A DNA stretch of 64,000 nucleotides from Octopus bimaculoides (lineage: Eukaryota). The position numbers were made by a program, and so were the translations under genes. The notes under the pieces are model-generated. The model searched no databases. It saw only the letters and a list, made by a program, of their open reading frames with translations, and had not been told where the DNA came from. This document shows, piece after piece, positions 13,020 to 26,884 of the stretch. Where the stretch lies: positions 12,381,666 to 12,445,665 of the forward strand of contig NC_068989.1 of the NCBI RefSeq assembly GCF_001194135.2, given 5' to 3'. Each line of letters starts with the position of its first letter. The first letter of the stretch is position 1.

Positions 13020-13741
13020 TACATAAAAATATCTTGAAATTCTAATTAATAAATTTATTCGGTAAAGTCGGCATTGTCTTCAACCACGGCTTCCAGACCA
13101 CTTCGGAAGCTCCTGTAACTCTTCTGGACGGATTTTTTGCCATAATTCTTGCCTTCGGTTGGTTTCTGGTGTTACAAGGAGTTTTGTTGATCTCTCGCTG
13201 AACTGCGCCCCACACATACTAATGAAAGGGGTTGAGTCTGGGAAGTTAGGTGGACAGATGTTAGGAGTGGTGTGGTTGCAGAAATTGTCTGACAGCCATG
13301 ATTCGGTTCTTCTGCTCTGTGTGGCGTGGTGCAGAGTGCTCTTGTCAGACATAGTGTCTTTCTGCAGCTTCCCTCTTGACCGAAAGCAGCACTACCTCCT
13401 CCAGGCACTTGTAGGCTTCCGTGTTGAGTCTGAGGCCGTGTGAGAAGATGAATGTAGGAATCACACCATCACTAGTGATCATTCGTGACATGATGCTGAC
13501 TGGATGTTTGATTCTTATCAATCTCGGTTCCTGCACTGTACTCAGATTCACAGCTAAGCACAAGTAGTACAGCACGTCGTTTCCAAATTTCTAGCACAGT
13601 GAATTGCATTCTGGTGCTGTTTTTCTCACAGACGTTGCCCAACTGATCCTACTATAATGTGTAGTCCTCAAAATCAAAAACAAACAATGCACATGCGTGA
13701 AATTAAACATAGAATGGCGACAATTTGCCCATCGCACAATG
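13020..13741 (-). mobile_element. Internally deleted Tc1/mariner element, DD37D (maT)-like
   Basis: TA at 13742-43 then terminus cattgtgcgatgggcaaattgtcgcc. MQFTVLEIWKRRAVLL N-terminus jumps to KHPVSIM..ITSDG..P.FIFSHGLRLNTEAY.KCLEEVVL and SWLSDNFCNHTTPNICPPNFPD. Frameshifted. Confidence 0.8.
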
Positions 13742-13743
13742 TA

Positions 13744-13790
<47 letters not shown>

Positions 13791-15489
13791 TTGCGCACGT
13801 AAATGTCAAACGAGGGAAATGAGTGCTCAACACTGCATTAGTGGATATAATTTCTTTATTTCTACATTAAGGCTACCATTGGTTTCATGAATTAATTCCA
13901 GAGTATATTATTATAGTCAAACCAGTTGAAAATTCAATAACAGGCACTGAAAAACAAATTATTACAATCAGATATTCTCAAAAGACGTTATTACCTATTC
14001 CAAAATAATATATCATAACCAATATGCATTAATAGAATCAAATCAGTTCAATAATACTGATTACAAACAGCATTCGAATAATTTCAATCTACGTTATTAA
14101 AGTCTCAAAAATTTATAATCACAAAAGTTCATCAAAGTGCATTCTAACCGGTTTCATTTCTTATGGCAGATGTTCATCGTTATGTACATCTGTATGGTCC
14201 GCCTACTAGTTTCATTTAATACCGGATGAAGACTTTTTATATACTCACTAGATAACAGGGTGGTAATATTGTGCGTATCATTAGATCTAAATTAACAAGT
14301 GATGTAATTTTTTGTGCCCTAATTTATGAAATTATAAGAAGTGTATTCTAAAAATATAAGAAAATGAATTAGAAATCGTGTTAATATTTAGCTAATAACG
14401 TAATCTTCGTTTATATTTTACTTTCAGAATTTTTTCGTTATTGATTCCTTCTTACTCTGAGATATTTTCTGCATGTTGGTCTAGTGAGAAACGTTTAAAA
14501 TTCAAAGTTCCTGGATATCTATTTAGATAATCACCAAGTCGAAGTTTTCTAGTATTCGTATCATGTATTTGTTGTCAGTGAACCGTCGACCAATTTCCAA
14601 ATGGCATTCTGTGTGGTCAATATAATTCTCACCACAGACACATTATGTTTTAACATATATTAAGTTTTCCAAAAGCATAAGAAGTTATTTTTCATTTTAA
14701 AAATTTGTGAATCTTTCGAAATGGTTCACGAAGCTTTTGAATATACTGAGCGTTCCTGTCAACGACAACGTATTTTATTATATGCATGGTTGTATAGTAT
14801 TTTGCTAATGAATGGTAATATTATTTTTTTAGAGTAGAATTACTTGTTGCCTAAGGGAAAACTAAGTCCGAAGTTTTGTTTTTTTTATAATTGACATTTC
14901 GTATTCTCTATTATATTTAGGCGATTTTCGTAAATACAAAATTATACATATAAATCGATTAGATGTGTCATGTTCTGCTTTCTGTTAAAAGATGATTTTT
15001 TTTCTACTTTCTTATATTAAATTCAAATTTCTGTACACTTACCTAAAAGTAAAACATTACAGCTCAGAGAACATGGTTTCCTCCCTTGTATTACTCTTCA
15101 TTTTCTTTCGATCTATCTACACTATCAGTGAAAACATAACCATAAATGTTATTTTCTGCTGTTCTTTATGCCAAAATATTTAGTCATTTCCCTATCGCTC
15201 CATATTTAAATAGTATAATGTAATTAAACCTTAGGTGCTTCGTACTGCAAAGATTTAACCAAGTTCAACTAGCAGCTCTATACACATAAGGATATTAATG
15301 ACTTTATTGGTGAAACGAAAAAGAAATTAAATAAAGTGCATAAATTAAATAAGCATTTTATTTAATTAACATTCATTAAAATAAATGCATAAAAGTATAT
15401 TATACTTCGCATAAACTTCATTCCATTGAAATCTAACTTAAATCACAAAAATTAAAAACAAAATAATATTCACTTCTATACTATAATTT

Positions 15490-15775
15490 GGCGATTGGCT
15501 CAGTGGCTAGTGCGTGGGGCTCACAGTCATGAGGTACTGAGTTCGATTCCCGGATCGGACTGTGTGTTGTGTTCTTGAACAAACTCTATATTTCACGTTG
15601 CTCCAGTTCACTCAGCTGTAGAAATAAGTTGCAACATCACTGGTGCCAAGCTGTATCGGCCCCTTTGTCTTTCCCTTGGATAAAATCGGTGGCATGTGAG
15701 GGGAGGCTTGTATGCATGGGCAACTATTGGTCCACCATAAACAACCCTGTACCTCGGAGTGTAACTCTCTAGGTT
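15490..15775 (+). mobile_element. tRNA-derived SINE family D
   Basis: A-box tggctcagtgg, B-box gttcgattcc; body tttcacgttgctccagttcactcagctgtagaaat shared with 8700-9030. Confidence 0.85.
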
Positions 15776-16149
15776 CAATCTAAGGTCATTCAAGACTCAA
15801 AGGGTTTTTTACCCATTACTATAGTTCGGATATTCTGAGAATATTTAGTTGCCTATGCAATTTTTGAGCCTCCTTCAACATTTCATCAAACTGTCAATGG
15901 TGGTGGGAATAACATTTGGGTTCATCTTTGTGAGAATAAGAAACAAATAACTTTTTCATCTGAATTTTGATATATTTCTCCTCTCTTGGTGGTGAGGGAG
16001 ATGGGATGTAGAAGTAGGGGTGGGTAATACAATATTGCTTTCTAATCTGTTGGGGAATTTATCGAGAAGCAATTCCAAACATTTCGACGATATCCAAAAT
16101 ACACCGTCAAAAAAAGCCACATGTACATCTTGCACGAGAACTCAGACAC

Positions 16150-16275
<126 letters not shown>

Positions 16276-17061
16276 TGTGTCGTACACACACACTCACGCA
16301 CACATATATGCGTGAGCATGTGTTTGTATAAGGACATGGGGTTATAATTTATAACAGAATTGTCGATGAAATAGTTAACACTATGTCAATATAATTTTAT
16401 AAAAATGACAATAAAAACGGTGGAATCATTGTGCACTTCAACTGGAAACGAAGAAGACTGCAAGCTAAGCTCTATAAACCGTCTAGTTCACTCCACCGTT
16501 AGTTCTATTCTCAAATGGCTCAGAGCTACAAACAAATACGTCACCCGTGGATTAATACGGTAATCTCATCTGAATGAAATTACTCGAATTTTCGGACGAA
16601 TGCAAGGAGCCGGAAATTTAGGATTAGGAGAATAAGACGACTGAAGAAACATGCAATGTCATTTCCTCATTAAAAGTATAGTATCTTTTGAAAATATTTG
16701 GGGAAATTTTCCCCGGAGGATAAGAAATGTTATTTGGACAATTCTTTGGACTTGATACAGCATAAACCAAACATTATGCAAATAGCAAATAAATAAAATA
16801 AAATAACAACAACGATGCAGCTCCGGGAAGAACGAAATGAACAGCAAGAAAAATTAAAAAGAAAAAAAGACAAACAAAACAATATTAATAATAGCAAAAA
16901 CATAACTGAAATGCTATGTCACATAAAATGAAAACAATTATACAAAATCATAATACTGGTATTGTCTGAGTTGGTCAAAACACTATCATGGGAAGATAAG
17001 AGCTAATCACTCTGACATTATCATTAAACTTTCCATCCAGAGATTTTACAGTTATTGTTAC

Positions 17062-17176
17062 GGAATATTCATAAGATAAGGGCATTTGATTATGGGATTA
17101 GTCAGAGAGAAAGTTCCTCTCTGTAGTAGAGGGATGTTCTTTGTATCTACACGACCAATTTGCTTTCGAATTCCAG
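17062..17176 (-). CDS. Weak candidate internal exon
   Basis: Acceptor gcatattttacAG at 17177-78. 115 nt, phase 1-2, GIRKQIGRVDTKNIPLLQRGTFSLTNPIIKCPYLMNI. Donor GTAACA is weak. Confidence 0.15.
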
Positions 17177-17859
17177 CTGTAAAATATGCCATAAACTAAA
17201 AATACTACAGAGTAAATAATACATAGATAACATCAATCTACATAGAATACAATGAATGGGTATTAAAAACCTAGATAGGAATAGTATAAGTGTTTCTCAT
17301 GTAAGGACTTACTATGTAAAGAGAACCATTGCAATGCTGAATATGGGAGTTGAAAAATAGCGTAGATGTATTTTAATCTCAAACTGGGCAAGGTAAATTA
17401 ACCACAAAGGACAATCGACGCCAAAAAGGATTTACTAAAAGGTTGAGTCGAACGTGCTCTTTGACTGCTGTGTTCTTTAACTGCAGTCAATTTACGGTAA
17501 GCAAAATCTTTGAACGATTAACAGATATGCTACTTCTTGAGAAAATAAATCATTATTAACACAAATTTAAGTGAAAAAGCACAATAAGATTTGAAAATTT
17601 CTATAGCCTTTATTTTGCATCAAGAAGGTATTGTTAAGAACAAACGACCATTGGAAAATAATCTTTAATATAACAAAATAATATTTGTAACGAGAAGAAA
17701 AGTGATTGGCCTTAATGAAAGTGAGTTTCAAAATGAATAAGGGAGAAAATTCCTGGAATTCAACTGGACCAAAATTTAAATGTTGACATTCGAAAACTCT
17801 CTCTGAACGCTGGTAACTGTAACTGTGGTGATAAAATCTGACATGTTTATGACAGAATC

Positions 17860-17990
17860 GGGCAAAACGCTTTTAGACATTCCTTCCGGCTATTTACTTT
17901 CTAATTTCAAAGGCCGCCGTTGTCGACCTTGTCTTTAATCATTTCGACGTCATTAAAAGAAGTACTACCTGAACCCTGGGCCCAATGCAA
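17860..17990 (+). mobile_element. Degenerate SINE family A
   Basis: ctttacttctaatttcaaaggccgccgttgtcgaccttgtctttaatc resembles the family A head and core. Confidence 0.55.
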
Positions 17991-19029
17991 GTAACTTTCG
18001 CTTCCAACTATAATTATTGACCTTCTGTCAAAAGTAAAATGATTATATCTCTATGTAAATTATAAGCTACGTGGAGCTGAAAAAGGGAAAAGAACTTTCC
18101 CCTCATTTAGAGATGGTATACTAAACAAAAATGTTGAAACATTCCTGAAAGATGCCTCTTATGTGAAAACATTGAGTTAAGTGTAAGCGTTCATACCTCA
18201 AGTTGTATTTCAGAAAATTGTTTTTAATAGATACGGTGCTTCGCAAATAGATCAAGTAACAATGAAGCACTTTGAGAATGGGCATCCCATTTCTTAATTA
18301 AAATCAGAGACATCAAACCTCCTGCATTTCTCCATTTCATATTTGCCAGATTAAAATATCAACAAGTTCAAAAAATTATTATTAACGACAGAAACAGTAT
18401 TAATACCAAAAGTTAATATCTATCCCAACTTAAAGTATCCGATAGGATATTACGATAATTACAACGAGAAAATTCCTCATATTGGCTTTCGGTGCATATA
18501 AGCACTTTTGTATTCTTGTCACTAATGAGCATAATTTTCCTTATATGTAATCACTTCTCATAACAAACTAACATGATTATTTTTGCTTAACATCTAATGT
18601 TCTGTGGCCTACTAAGAACAAACTTCTTTTCATGCAGGTGTTTCTGAGAAAACTTCAAATACTTTCATTTAAAATTTCCCTAGATATTAAATTATTCCCA
18701 TACAATACACTTTCTTTACCAATTCTAAGATTTCGTCAGCTGTGAATATATTATGTATCTCTGAAGAGAACTACTAAAAAGTAAATATAGCTAGAGTTGT
18801 TATACTTGCTTTCATATATATTGTTATCGTTTCATCGAACGAAATGTGCAGTGTTCTCTCCTTTGTGCATTTTGTGATTAAGTTGTATTGATGCTAATGG
18901 CCTTTCTTCCTATTAAGATTTGTATTTTAATGAAATAAAGTCTGTCTATGTGTTTTGTAATTACATATAAGCCTCAGCGTGTCTCCATTCCTTTTCCATG
19001 TTAAAGTATGTATGATCTAGAAACCTATT

Positions 19030-19335
19030 ACGACGATGGGGGTCCCTGCTGATACGATCAACGGAACAGCTTGCTCGTGAAATTAACGTGCAAGTGGCTG
19101 AATACTCCACAGACACGTGTAGGCTTAAGATAGTGCTCAGGGAGATTCAGCGTGACACACAGTGTGACAAGACTGGCCCTTTGAAATACAGGTACAGCAA
19201 ATTTTTGCCAGCTGAGTGGGCTGGAGCAACGTGAAATAAAGTGTTTTGCTCAAGGACACAACGCGTCGCCGGAAATTGAACTCACAACCTTACAATCGTG
19301 AGTCGAATGCCTTAACCACCAAGCCACGCGCTTTC
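19030..19335 (-). mobile_element. Chimeric SINE: family D head + family C tail
   Basis: 19210-19335 matches the D head (ctgagt..ctggagcaacgtgaaataaagtg); 19030-19200 matches the C tail (ttgctcgtgaaattaacgtgcaagtggctga). Confidence 0.85.
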
Positions 19336-19369
19336 AGACACACAAACACACACACACACGCATATATAT

Positions 19370-19404
<35 letters not shown>

Positions 19405-19600
19405 AACAAAAGTAAATGAGTATATGCATATATACGTACAGGTATGTGCATACCGACATCCACCTGTATGTATAGGTGCATATCTGGGTACAGGACATTG
19501 CAAACAAACGTAGACGAGAACACACGAGCCACATAGAGAACATTCTACTTCTTCAGCTACCCACGTTTTAACACCGGCGTTTCGACGAGCTTCGGGCAAT
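19370..19600 (-). mobile_element. Unclassified TA-microsatellite-associated repeat (possibly Penelope-related)
   Basis: gtcctgtacccagatatgcacctatacatacaggtggatgtcggtatg is homologous to 50680-50800 on the plus strand. Confidence 0.55.
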
Positions 19601-19760
19601 ATATATATATATATATATATATAGGCCCGTACACACGTGCATACATGTATGCATACGAAAATGCGTTACCTGTGAAAATGTTGTGTGCAGACATATATGA
19701 GGTTGTGTATGTTTGAGAGAGAGAGAGAGAGAGAGTGTGTGTCTGTGTGTGTTTGTGCGT

Positions 19761-19806
<46 letters not shown>

Positions 19807-20610
19807 ATGTGCGTGCCTGTGTGAAGGATAACTGATGATGTGACTGTGCATAGGAAGTGTTGAATTAGGCACACATAAACATAATTATGCATATTTATTC
19901 ACATGCGGATGGATGTAAATATTTCCATCTACACACAAGAGTATACAAATGATAGCAGAATGTATCTACGCACACGCGTGAACATGTGTGCGTGAATGAC
20001 GTTCGGTATGTTGGTTTATCTATTTGCATGAGTGCAATAATTTTATGCGTGCGCGAGTGTATATGCTGCATTTATGTCAACGTTATCAGTAGTATATATA
20101 TATATATAGTAAAATTTAGAGGTAATACTTGACAATTGTAAGCACCTGTGTATGCCAGAATCTTTTGTATTTTTGCTGTTATTTTTTGGATTTACAATTT
20201 ATATATATATATATATATATATATNNNNNNNNNNNNNNNNNNNNNNNNNNNNNNNNNNNNNNNNNNNNNNNNNNNNNNNNNNNNNNNNNNNNNNNNNNNN
20301 NNNNNNNNNNNNNNNNNNNNNNNNNNNNNNNNNNNNNNNNNNNNNNNNNNNNNNNNNNNNNNNNNNNNNNNNNNNNNNNNNNNNNNNNNNNNNNNNNNNN
20401 NNNNNNNNNNNNNNNNNNNNNNNNNNNNNNNNNNNNNNNNNNNNNNNNNNNNNNNNNNNNNNNNNNNNNNNNNNNNNNNNNNNNNNNNNNNNNNNNNNNN
20501 NNNNNNNNNNNNNNNNNNNNNNNNNNNNNNNNNNNNNNNNNNNNNNNNNNNNNNNNNNNNNNNNNNNNNNNNNNNNNNNNNNNNNNNNNNNNNNNNNNNN
20601 NNNNNNNNNN

Positions 20611-20651
<41 letters not shown>

Positions 20652-21019
20652 AGTAGGTACGTAATGTCGATAAATATGCCCAAGAATTCGCGCATATAAA
20701 TGCGTGTGAAGTGTGTATTTGCATATATATCTCAAGTGTGTTTATGAACTCGGGTATATGTGCGTGTGTGTGTGAGTATGTGTGTGCTTATGTTATTATT
20801 GGTACGTGTGTGCATGTTATGAAATGCGTGTGTTATGAAATGTAGCTCCCTGTTCCCACATCCGTTGTATCATTAATTCGATTAAAGGGTCGGTTTTATT
20901 GAAGAGTCGTTCTAGAGAACAGGGCTCATGTGATATTCATAAGACATCCGGGCAATTAATAATGCCGATCCTCAAACTGGCAAGCTTTACATTAATTAAA
21001 TGCCTTATCGTTGAAAATA

Positions 21020-21081
21020 CTTACTTTTCTCTCTCTCTCCCTCTCTCTCTCTCTCTCCCTCTCTCTCTCTCNNNNNNNNNN

Positions 21082-21116
<35 letters not shown>

Positions 21117-21880
21117 TCTCTCTCTCTGTATGTGAGGTTTCTTTTTCGCTGATTCTTTCTCTTGCAGATTTTTATTGTATTTGCCACACTCCCCGGCTTT
21201 CTTTTATTTGTTTCTTTCCTTGTTTCTATTTCTTTTTTTTTCTTTCCACTTTCGCTTCTTCTCTTCATTTCTTTTCTAGCAGTTTTGCATATTAATCTTT
21301 TTCTATTCCTTAACTTACGCCTCTTCTTCTCCTTCTTCTTCTTCTTCTTCTCCTTTTCCTCCTCCTTCCTCCTCTCCCTTCTTCTTCCTCCTACTCCTCT
21401 TCTTCTTCTTCTTCTTCTTCTTCTTCTTCTTCTTCTTCTTCTTCCTCCTCTTCCTCCTCTTCCTCCTCCTTCCTCCTCTTCCTTCTTCTTCTTCCTCCTC
21501 CTCCTCCTCCCCCTCCTCCAAGAAGCAATAGCTTCTTCTCCTACTTTCTCTGTTTTCCATCTATTTTCATCTTTTTTTTCTCACCTCCCTACTCTTTTTT
21601 ATCATGCTGCTATTGTTGCTGCCCCTCCTCCTCCTCCTCCTCCTCCTCCTGCTTTCCCCTCATTCCCTCATTCCTTCTCTTCTTTCCCAACCGCCTCCTC
21701 TCCCCATCCTCATCATTTCCACCAACTACAACCGTCTCATCCACGCGCCTGTCCTTTCCAGCCCTTTCTTAAAAATCCCCCTCCTCCTTCTCCACTTGCC
21801 CAATACGTCTCCTACTTCAGAAGCCATATTACTCCAAGTCCCCAATCAGCTCCTTTCTTTTATAGTTATTACTTCATTTG
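21020..21880. repeat. Long polypyrimidine/polypurine tract: (CT)n, (CTT)n, (CCT)n
   Basis: Direct reading; explains ORF 21162..21881. Confidence 0.9.
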
Positions 21881-23389
21881 ATGCCGCTTCCACCATTGTC
21901 GCAGTTGTTGCTGTTTTATTTATTAATTCGTGTTGTTGAAATAGTTGTATTGTTCATATTATTTTGACCAATGTTGCTGTTCTTAAGACGATTGTTGTGT
22001 TTGTTCTTGTTGCTAGTGGATCTCATGTAAATTTTACCTCACCAACTTTTTATATTTTCACAGAGCTACTCTGTTTTTCTTAACGTCACAAATCCCCCCC
22101 CCTCCCGCTTTCCATCTCACATCATCTACTACACTAAAATGCATAAAGGCATATGAAAGGCTCCATACACACGCGTGTGTCTTCTTTCAAACTATTCAAA
22201 GATGGACGATCCTTTCTCAGTCTACCTATTCAAGATTGCGCCTTTTCTCATTCAAATTGCTCATCAGATACAAACTCTCGCTTTATTCTTCCAACGACAT
22301 TGAAATCTCAATGCAATACGATTCTCAAATTATTTCGCCCATTTTGCTCCTCTCATTGTCTCTGTCTACTAATATGATGTGTTTCATTCAATTTTTGCAA
22401 AAAAAAAAAAAAAAAAAAATATCAGCTGTTAATATTCTTTTTCGTTAATTCTTCGTTTATTAATGTTTTTCTAAGAATTTCCTCACATTTTTTGTCATAT
22501 TTTTTCTGTCACTTTATCGTACTATATTTAGCTATTCCACGTCGTTATTTTCTTTATGAAGTTCTATATTATTCTTTCCTTGGGTTTACGCTGTTAATTT
22601 TTTTTTTGGTTTGTATGCACGTGTTTTTGGTTTGTATGATCGTGGTTAATTTTTTTCATTTTCAATGTGGGATTAAACATTTTCTGCTTTCTCTTTCTCT
22701 TTGTGAATTCATTACATTTCAATATCTCGCATTTTTATGTATTTTCCTATATATTTCTACAATTTCCGTGCTCTTATTTTTTACCGCTTTTCTTTCTTGC
22801 AATAATTTTACCGTTTTACTGCTTAGTTTCACTTTATTTTCTTCATATCTTTTCTTCATTTTTCCTATCAATTCTCTTTCTTTTTTTATTCCTTTTTAAA
22901 GAGAACGTTTCTTACAATTTTCTTTCATTCTTTCTTCGAGATTAAGTCTTTTATCCTGTTTTCATTCTTCAATTATTCGTCTCTTCACCCATTCCTGCTC
23001 TGGTAGATACGACATGATTCGAAACGGAAATTACATTCAACAGGCAGGGAAAACGTAGTCAGGAGTAACAAGTGAACGTGTCTGTCTAAATAACTACCTG
23101 CCAATATTTCAGTCAGTGTGTCTGATAACTTTTTGATAGTATCTACATGGTTAACATAACACTTTACATGTACACACAGACAAAGACAAGCACACACAGA
23201 CAAAGACAAACACACACAGACAAAGACAAACACACACACAAAAATGCACGTACGCACACACATACACACCCATGTATATATGTATTAACACACACATGTG
23301 TATACACATGCACACGGACACACACATATATATCTATATCTGCATACACACGCGCACACAAACATATCTATATATCCTTATTTTATACC

Positions 23390-23394
<5 letters not shown>

Positions 23395-23433
<39 letters not shown>

Positions 23434-23520
23434 GCTAGCTAGCTAGCTAGCTAGCTATCTATCTGTCTGTCTATCTCTGTATGTGTGTATGTATGTATGT
23501 ATGTATGTATGTATCTATCT
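23395..23520. repeat. Compound tetranucleotide microsatellite (TATC)-(TAGC)-(TGTC)-(TATG)
   Basis: Direct reading of the sequence. Confidence 0.9.
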
Positions 23521-24624
23521 ATTTGGGATATTATTGTCAGGAGCGGCGTTGACAATAATTTGAATACTCACCGTTTTGCGAAGGACAGGATGGGATTCTA
23601 TCGTGCAGACTGACAAAGGTCTCGGCAGCAACGAGGTAGGACATGTTTGAAGCCAACAATGTCTACATATTAATAAATTTGAAACAGAGTCATGGTGCTT
23701 CTGAGGGAAACTTTTGTGGTCAAAACAATGCCGATTGATATAACGACAACTAATTATGTTTAAACATGTGAGGCCTTTTGAGGATAGCAAAACCAGCTTA
23801 GAATATATTTTAGAAATGGTAAACAGTTGAGTATGATTCACTGGAAAGAAAGAACTGCTACAAATACTTACATTTCGTAGACTTAGGTCCCTATGTTAAA
23901 AACTAAATGCAAGGTGAGCATCTATAAACTTCCCGCATCCCCAAACAGTTTGGTGTGAATAATCAGATATTTTGTCTCGCTACATCTGTCATAAGCATAC
24001 AGGTGTTATTGCTGAATGCGTATCTGGTATTAGTGCAGAATATGTATCTCGTATTAGAAGAGAAGTCTTAGAGATAATAAAACCGTTTGAAATATTTATA
24101 GCTATTTTTTGTATTAAAACCATTAAACATAAGCTTGCATGTATGATATTATTCACAGTAATTACTAATTGTCAGCTACTTCTCTCCCGATTTTGTATTG
24201 GGAAGTGTAGTGAGAATAAAATTGAATATAATACTGTGATGGCTAATAGCTTCGTAGAGTTTTGTTATGTAGAGTTCTGGTGATAAGCAGAATCGCAATC
24301 GAAGGATGATATAATTGTAAGCAAAAGACGTGAATTAAAGTGAGGAAATATTCACCTCTTAACCAATTAGGAATGATTATTTGAATGTATCGGCGATAGG
24401 AATATTGTACATTAAACACATTCTTTCTAGAGGACAGCTTGTGGCGGTCTGAGAGATATTCAAACAACAGAGAAGGGATAGGACTCGACACACAAACACG
24501 CACGCACGCACATACACTCATACGCACACAGACACACAAACGTGTACCTGTGTGTGTGAACGTGTGTGCATATATATATGCACCTATATATATATATGTA
24601 TGTATATGTATGTATATATGTATG

Positions 24625-24687
<63 letters not shown>

Positions 24688-25377
24688 TTACATACATATA
24701 TGTATATATACATACATACATAAACATGCACACACAAACACACACACGCAAATATAAATATATACATACATAATATATGTTTTTGTCGGTGTGTGTGCTT
24801 GTATGTATAAATGTATAAATGCATGCATGTATGTTTCTATGTGTACCAATGTACGTATGTATTTTTCTATGTACAATCTATTCCCTCTCGATTGTATTCG
24901 GAATTGTCAGACCGCCGTGGGCTGCTGTTTTGAATACTTAAAAGAGGCGATTACTGATACTTCCTCCTAGTATGAATCTAAAGTGGTGATAGTCGATTTT
25001 CGCCCTCAGTCAATGGGACTGATCAACCGTTTTCGGATATCGTTGAAAGGTCATCCAATTGCATTTATTTATCATCACCAGTGTATCTGATAAATACGTA
25101 CTATATGTACAAAACAACCCAAAAAATAACAAGAAAAAAACATGTATGGGTTTCGATGTCAGTATTCTGTGTATTACGTATGTATCATTTACTGTTGTTT
25201 TTTTTTTTTAAATATATATATACATCTGAAATGCAATGTGGTACACAATACGAATGCGCGCATTCGAACGTTGTGATTCTTCATGCGTGTGCGTGTATGT
25301 GCGCGTATGCACCCCCACCCACCCCACACACGAACACACGCACATATAAGTATGTGTGAATGTGTGTGTGTTTGTGC

Positions 25378-25411
<34 letters not shown>

Positions 25412-25454
25412 GTGTGCATGTATCTATGTATATACAATAATCACTCGATTATCG

Positions 25455-25645
25455 TGGGTGCTGTGCTCCAAAAACCCCCGTGATAGGTGAAAATCCACGA
25501 AGTAGAAACTACTGTATATTTTTTTTAAAGTCACCTTTATATTTTGTATATATTTACTTTATTATAAATGCAAAACCATACCATAGAGGATTCGACGTAA
25601 GCTCAAATAATAAACCGCGATAAGTGAACCGCGATATGAACGCGC
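25455..25645. mobile_element. Tigger/pogo-like MITE remnant
   Basis: aaacccccgtgataggtgaaaatccacgaagtag ... aaaccgcgataagtgaaccgcgata resemble Tigger-type terminal motifs as I recall them. Confidence 0.5.
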
Positions 25646-26028
25646 ACATAAACACATATACACACACGCACGCACACACGTAATGGAATTTCACGTCGAT
25701 GACGACATAAGAGTGTTCAGTTATAACTGACCGACCTGCACAAAAAAATTGCTTATCAAGATAATGTGTAGGTGCTGCATATTAGCTCATTTCTTGCATC
25801 AAGTCGACGTTGCTTGAGTAGGTATATCACGTGATCCCGTATCATATGTCACGTGTCGAGGTGACGACAGAGCAACACGTGATGAAGTGTCTTCATTAAG
25901 AACAATGCACCACCCGTTCCTAGAATTGAAGCAACGATCTTACTATAAAGAATGCAACATGATAACGGTTAAACCTAGCATCACTGAGGTTAGGGTGTTG
26001 CACACATATATATATATATATGCGTGTG

Positions 26029-26066
<38 letters not shown>

Positions 26067-26274
26067 CACGTATGTATATATATATAAGTGTATATATGTA
26101 TATGTATGTATATACATATGTATATATATATATATATATATTTAAGCACACGCATGTGTGAGTATTTATCTACTTGTTTACGTGTATATCTATACCTATA
26201 TATCTTTGTGTGTGGCGTCGTGTGTGCATGTACGAATATGTGAATGTAAATATGTAGGCACATATCTGTCAACT

Positions 26275-26830
26275 GATAAAGATTCCGTTCCTTTGATCCA
26301 GCGTTTGCAAGAAAAAAGCACCGAGAAGCTTCAATCAGTTCATGAATCAGCTGAGTTCGCGGTCCATATCAAAACCTGTAGGAAATATTTCAGATACCTT
26401 CCATTCTGTCTCTTTTGATGTTCTCCAACAAGAAACAAAGGAACACCAGGAATGGTTCGATGGTGATGATTCTCGCACAGTGGATTATCTAAGTAGAAGA
26501 ACAATTTTCCTCACAAAACATCGAGGTGGAAGCAGAAGGAAGGTCTAAATTACTCGAAGGACATTTAATGAATTCTAGACGTAAATCCGGGTCGTTTAAG
26601 TAACTAGAGCCTACCTTTAACAGAAAGGAAAGCAAGGCCTGCAGAGCAGGTTTTGAAACAGTATATGGCCCCAGGAAAGGTGACACCTCTAAGGAAAATA
26701 CTTTAGCATCCTAGTAGACACATGGTGATCAGTTACTTATATACGGCTGCAAAATTGATGATAGTTTTATTCCTTCTATTCTTAGATAACTGGGAAAATC
26801 GAACTTCACCAGTGATCTGAGTATCAAAGT
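26275..26830 (+). mobile_element. Decayed RTE LINE internal fragment
   Basis: DTFHSVSFDVLQQETKEHQEWFDGDD corresponds to the RTE R.HQDWFDEND motif; downstream VYGPRK; multiple stops and frameshifts. Confidence 0.7.
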
Positions 26831-26884
26831 ATTCAATCTTTATGGAAGAAAATCTTGGAAAACAATACTTGTAGATATAAACGA

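Noticed and set aside
15495-15560. tRNA-like sequences with A/B boxes (also 48630, 43870-43938, 8950-9030)
   Set aside because: They run directly into SINE bodies and lack complete cloverleaf acceptor stems; SINE heads, not tRNA genes
17313-17387. Hydrophobic exon candidate FEIKIHLRYFSTPIFSIAMVLFT with a GTAAGT donor, resembling a receptor TM helix
   Set aside because: Phase conflicts with the longer frame of the next candidate exon; similarity to GPCR TM7 or Cys-loop M4 is superficial
19555-19592. GAAAC-GCCGGU-GUU palindrome followed by CUGAAGA on the minus strand (possible type II or half hammerhead)
   Set aside because: No upstream core for type I, and stem I cannot pair for type II; at most a truncated relic
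23170-23240. Short tandem arrays (20 bp x3 here; 12-13 bp at 39060-39125; 18 bp at 52225-52290 and 58565-58618)
   Set aside because: No unique spacers, so not CRISPR; higher-order derivatives of CA/CT microsatellites
23972-24283. 103 aa plus-strand ORF (SAEYVSRIRREVLEIIKPFEIF...)
   Set aside because: TTG start, no convincing splice sites and no recognisable motif; length is attainable by chance
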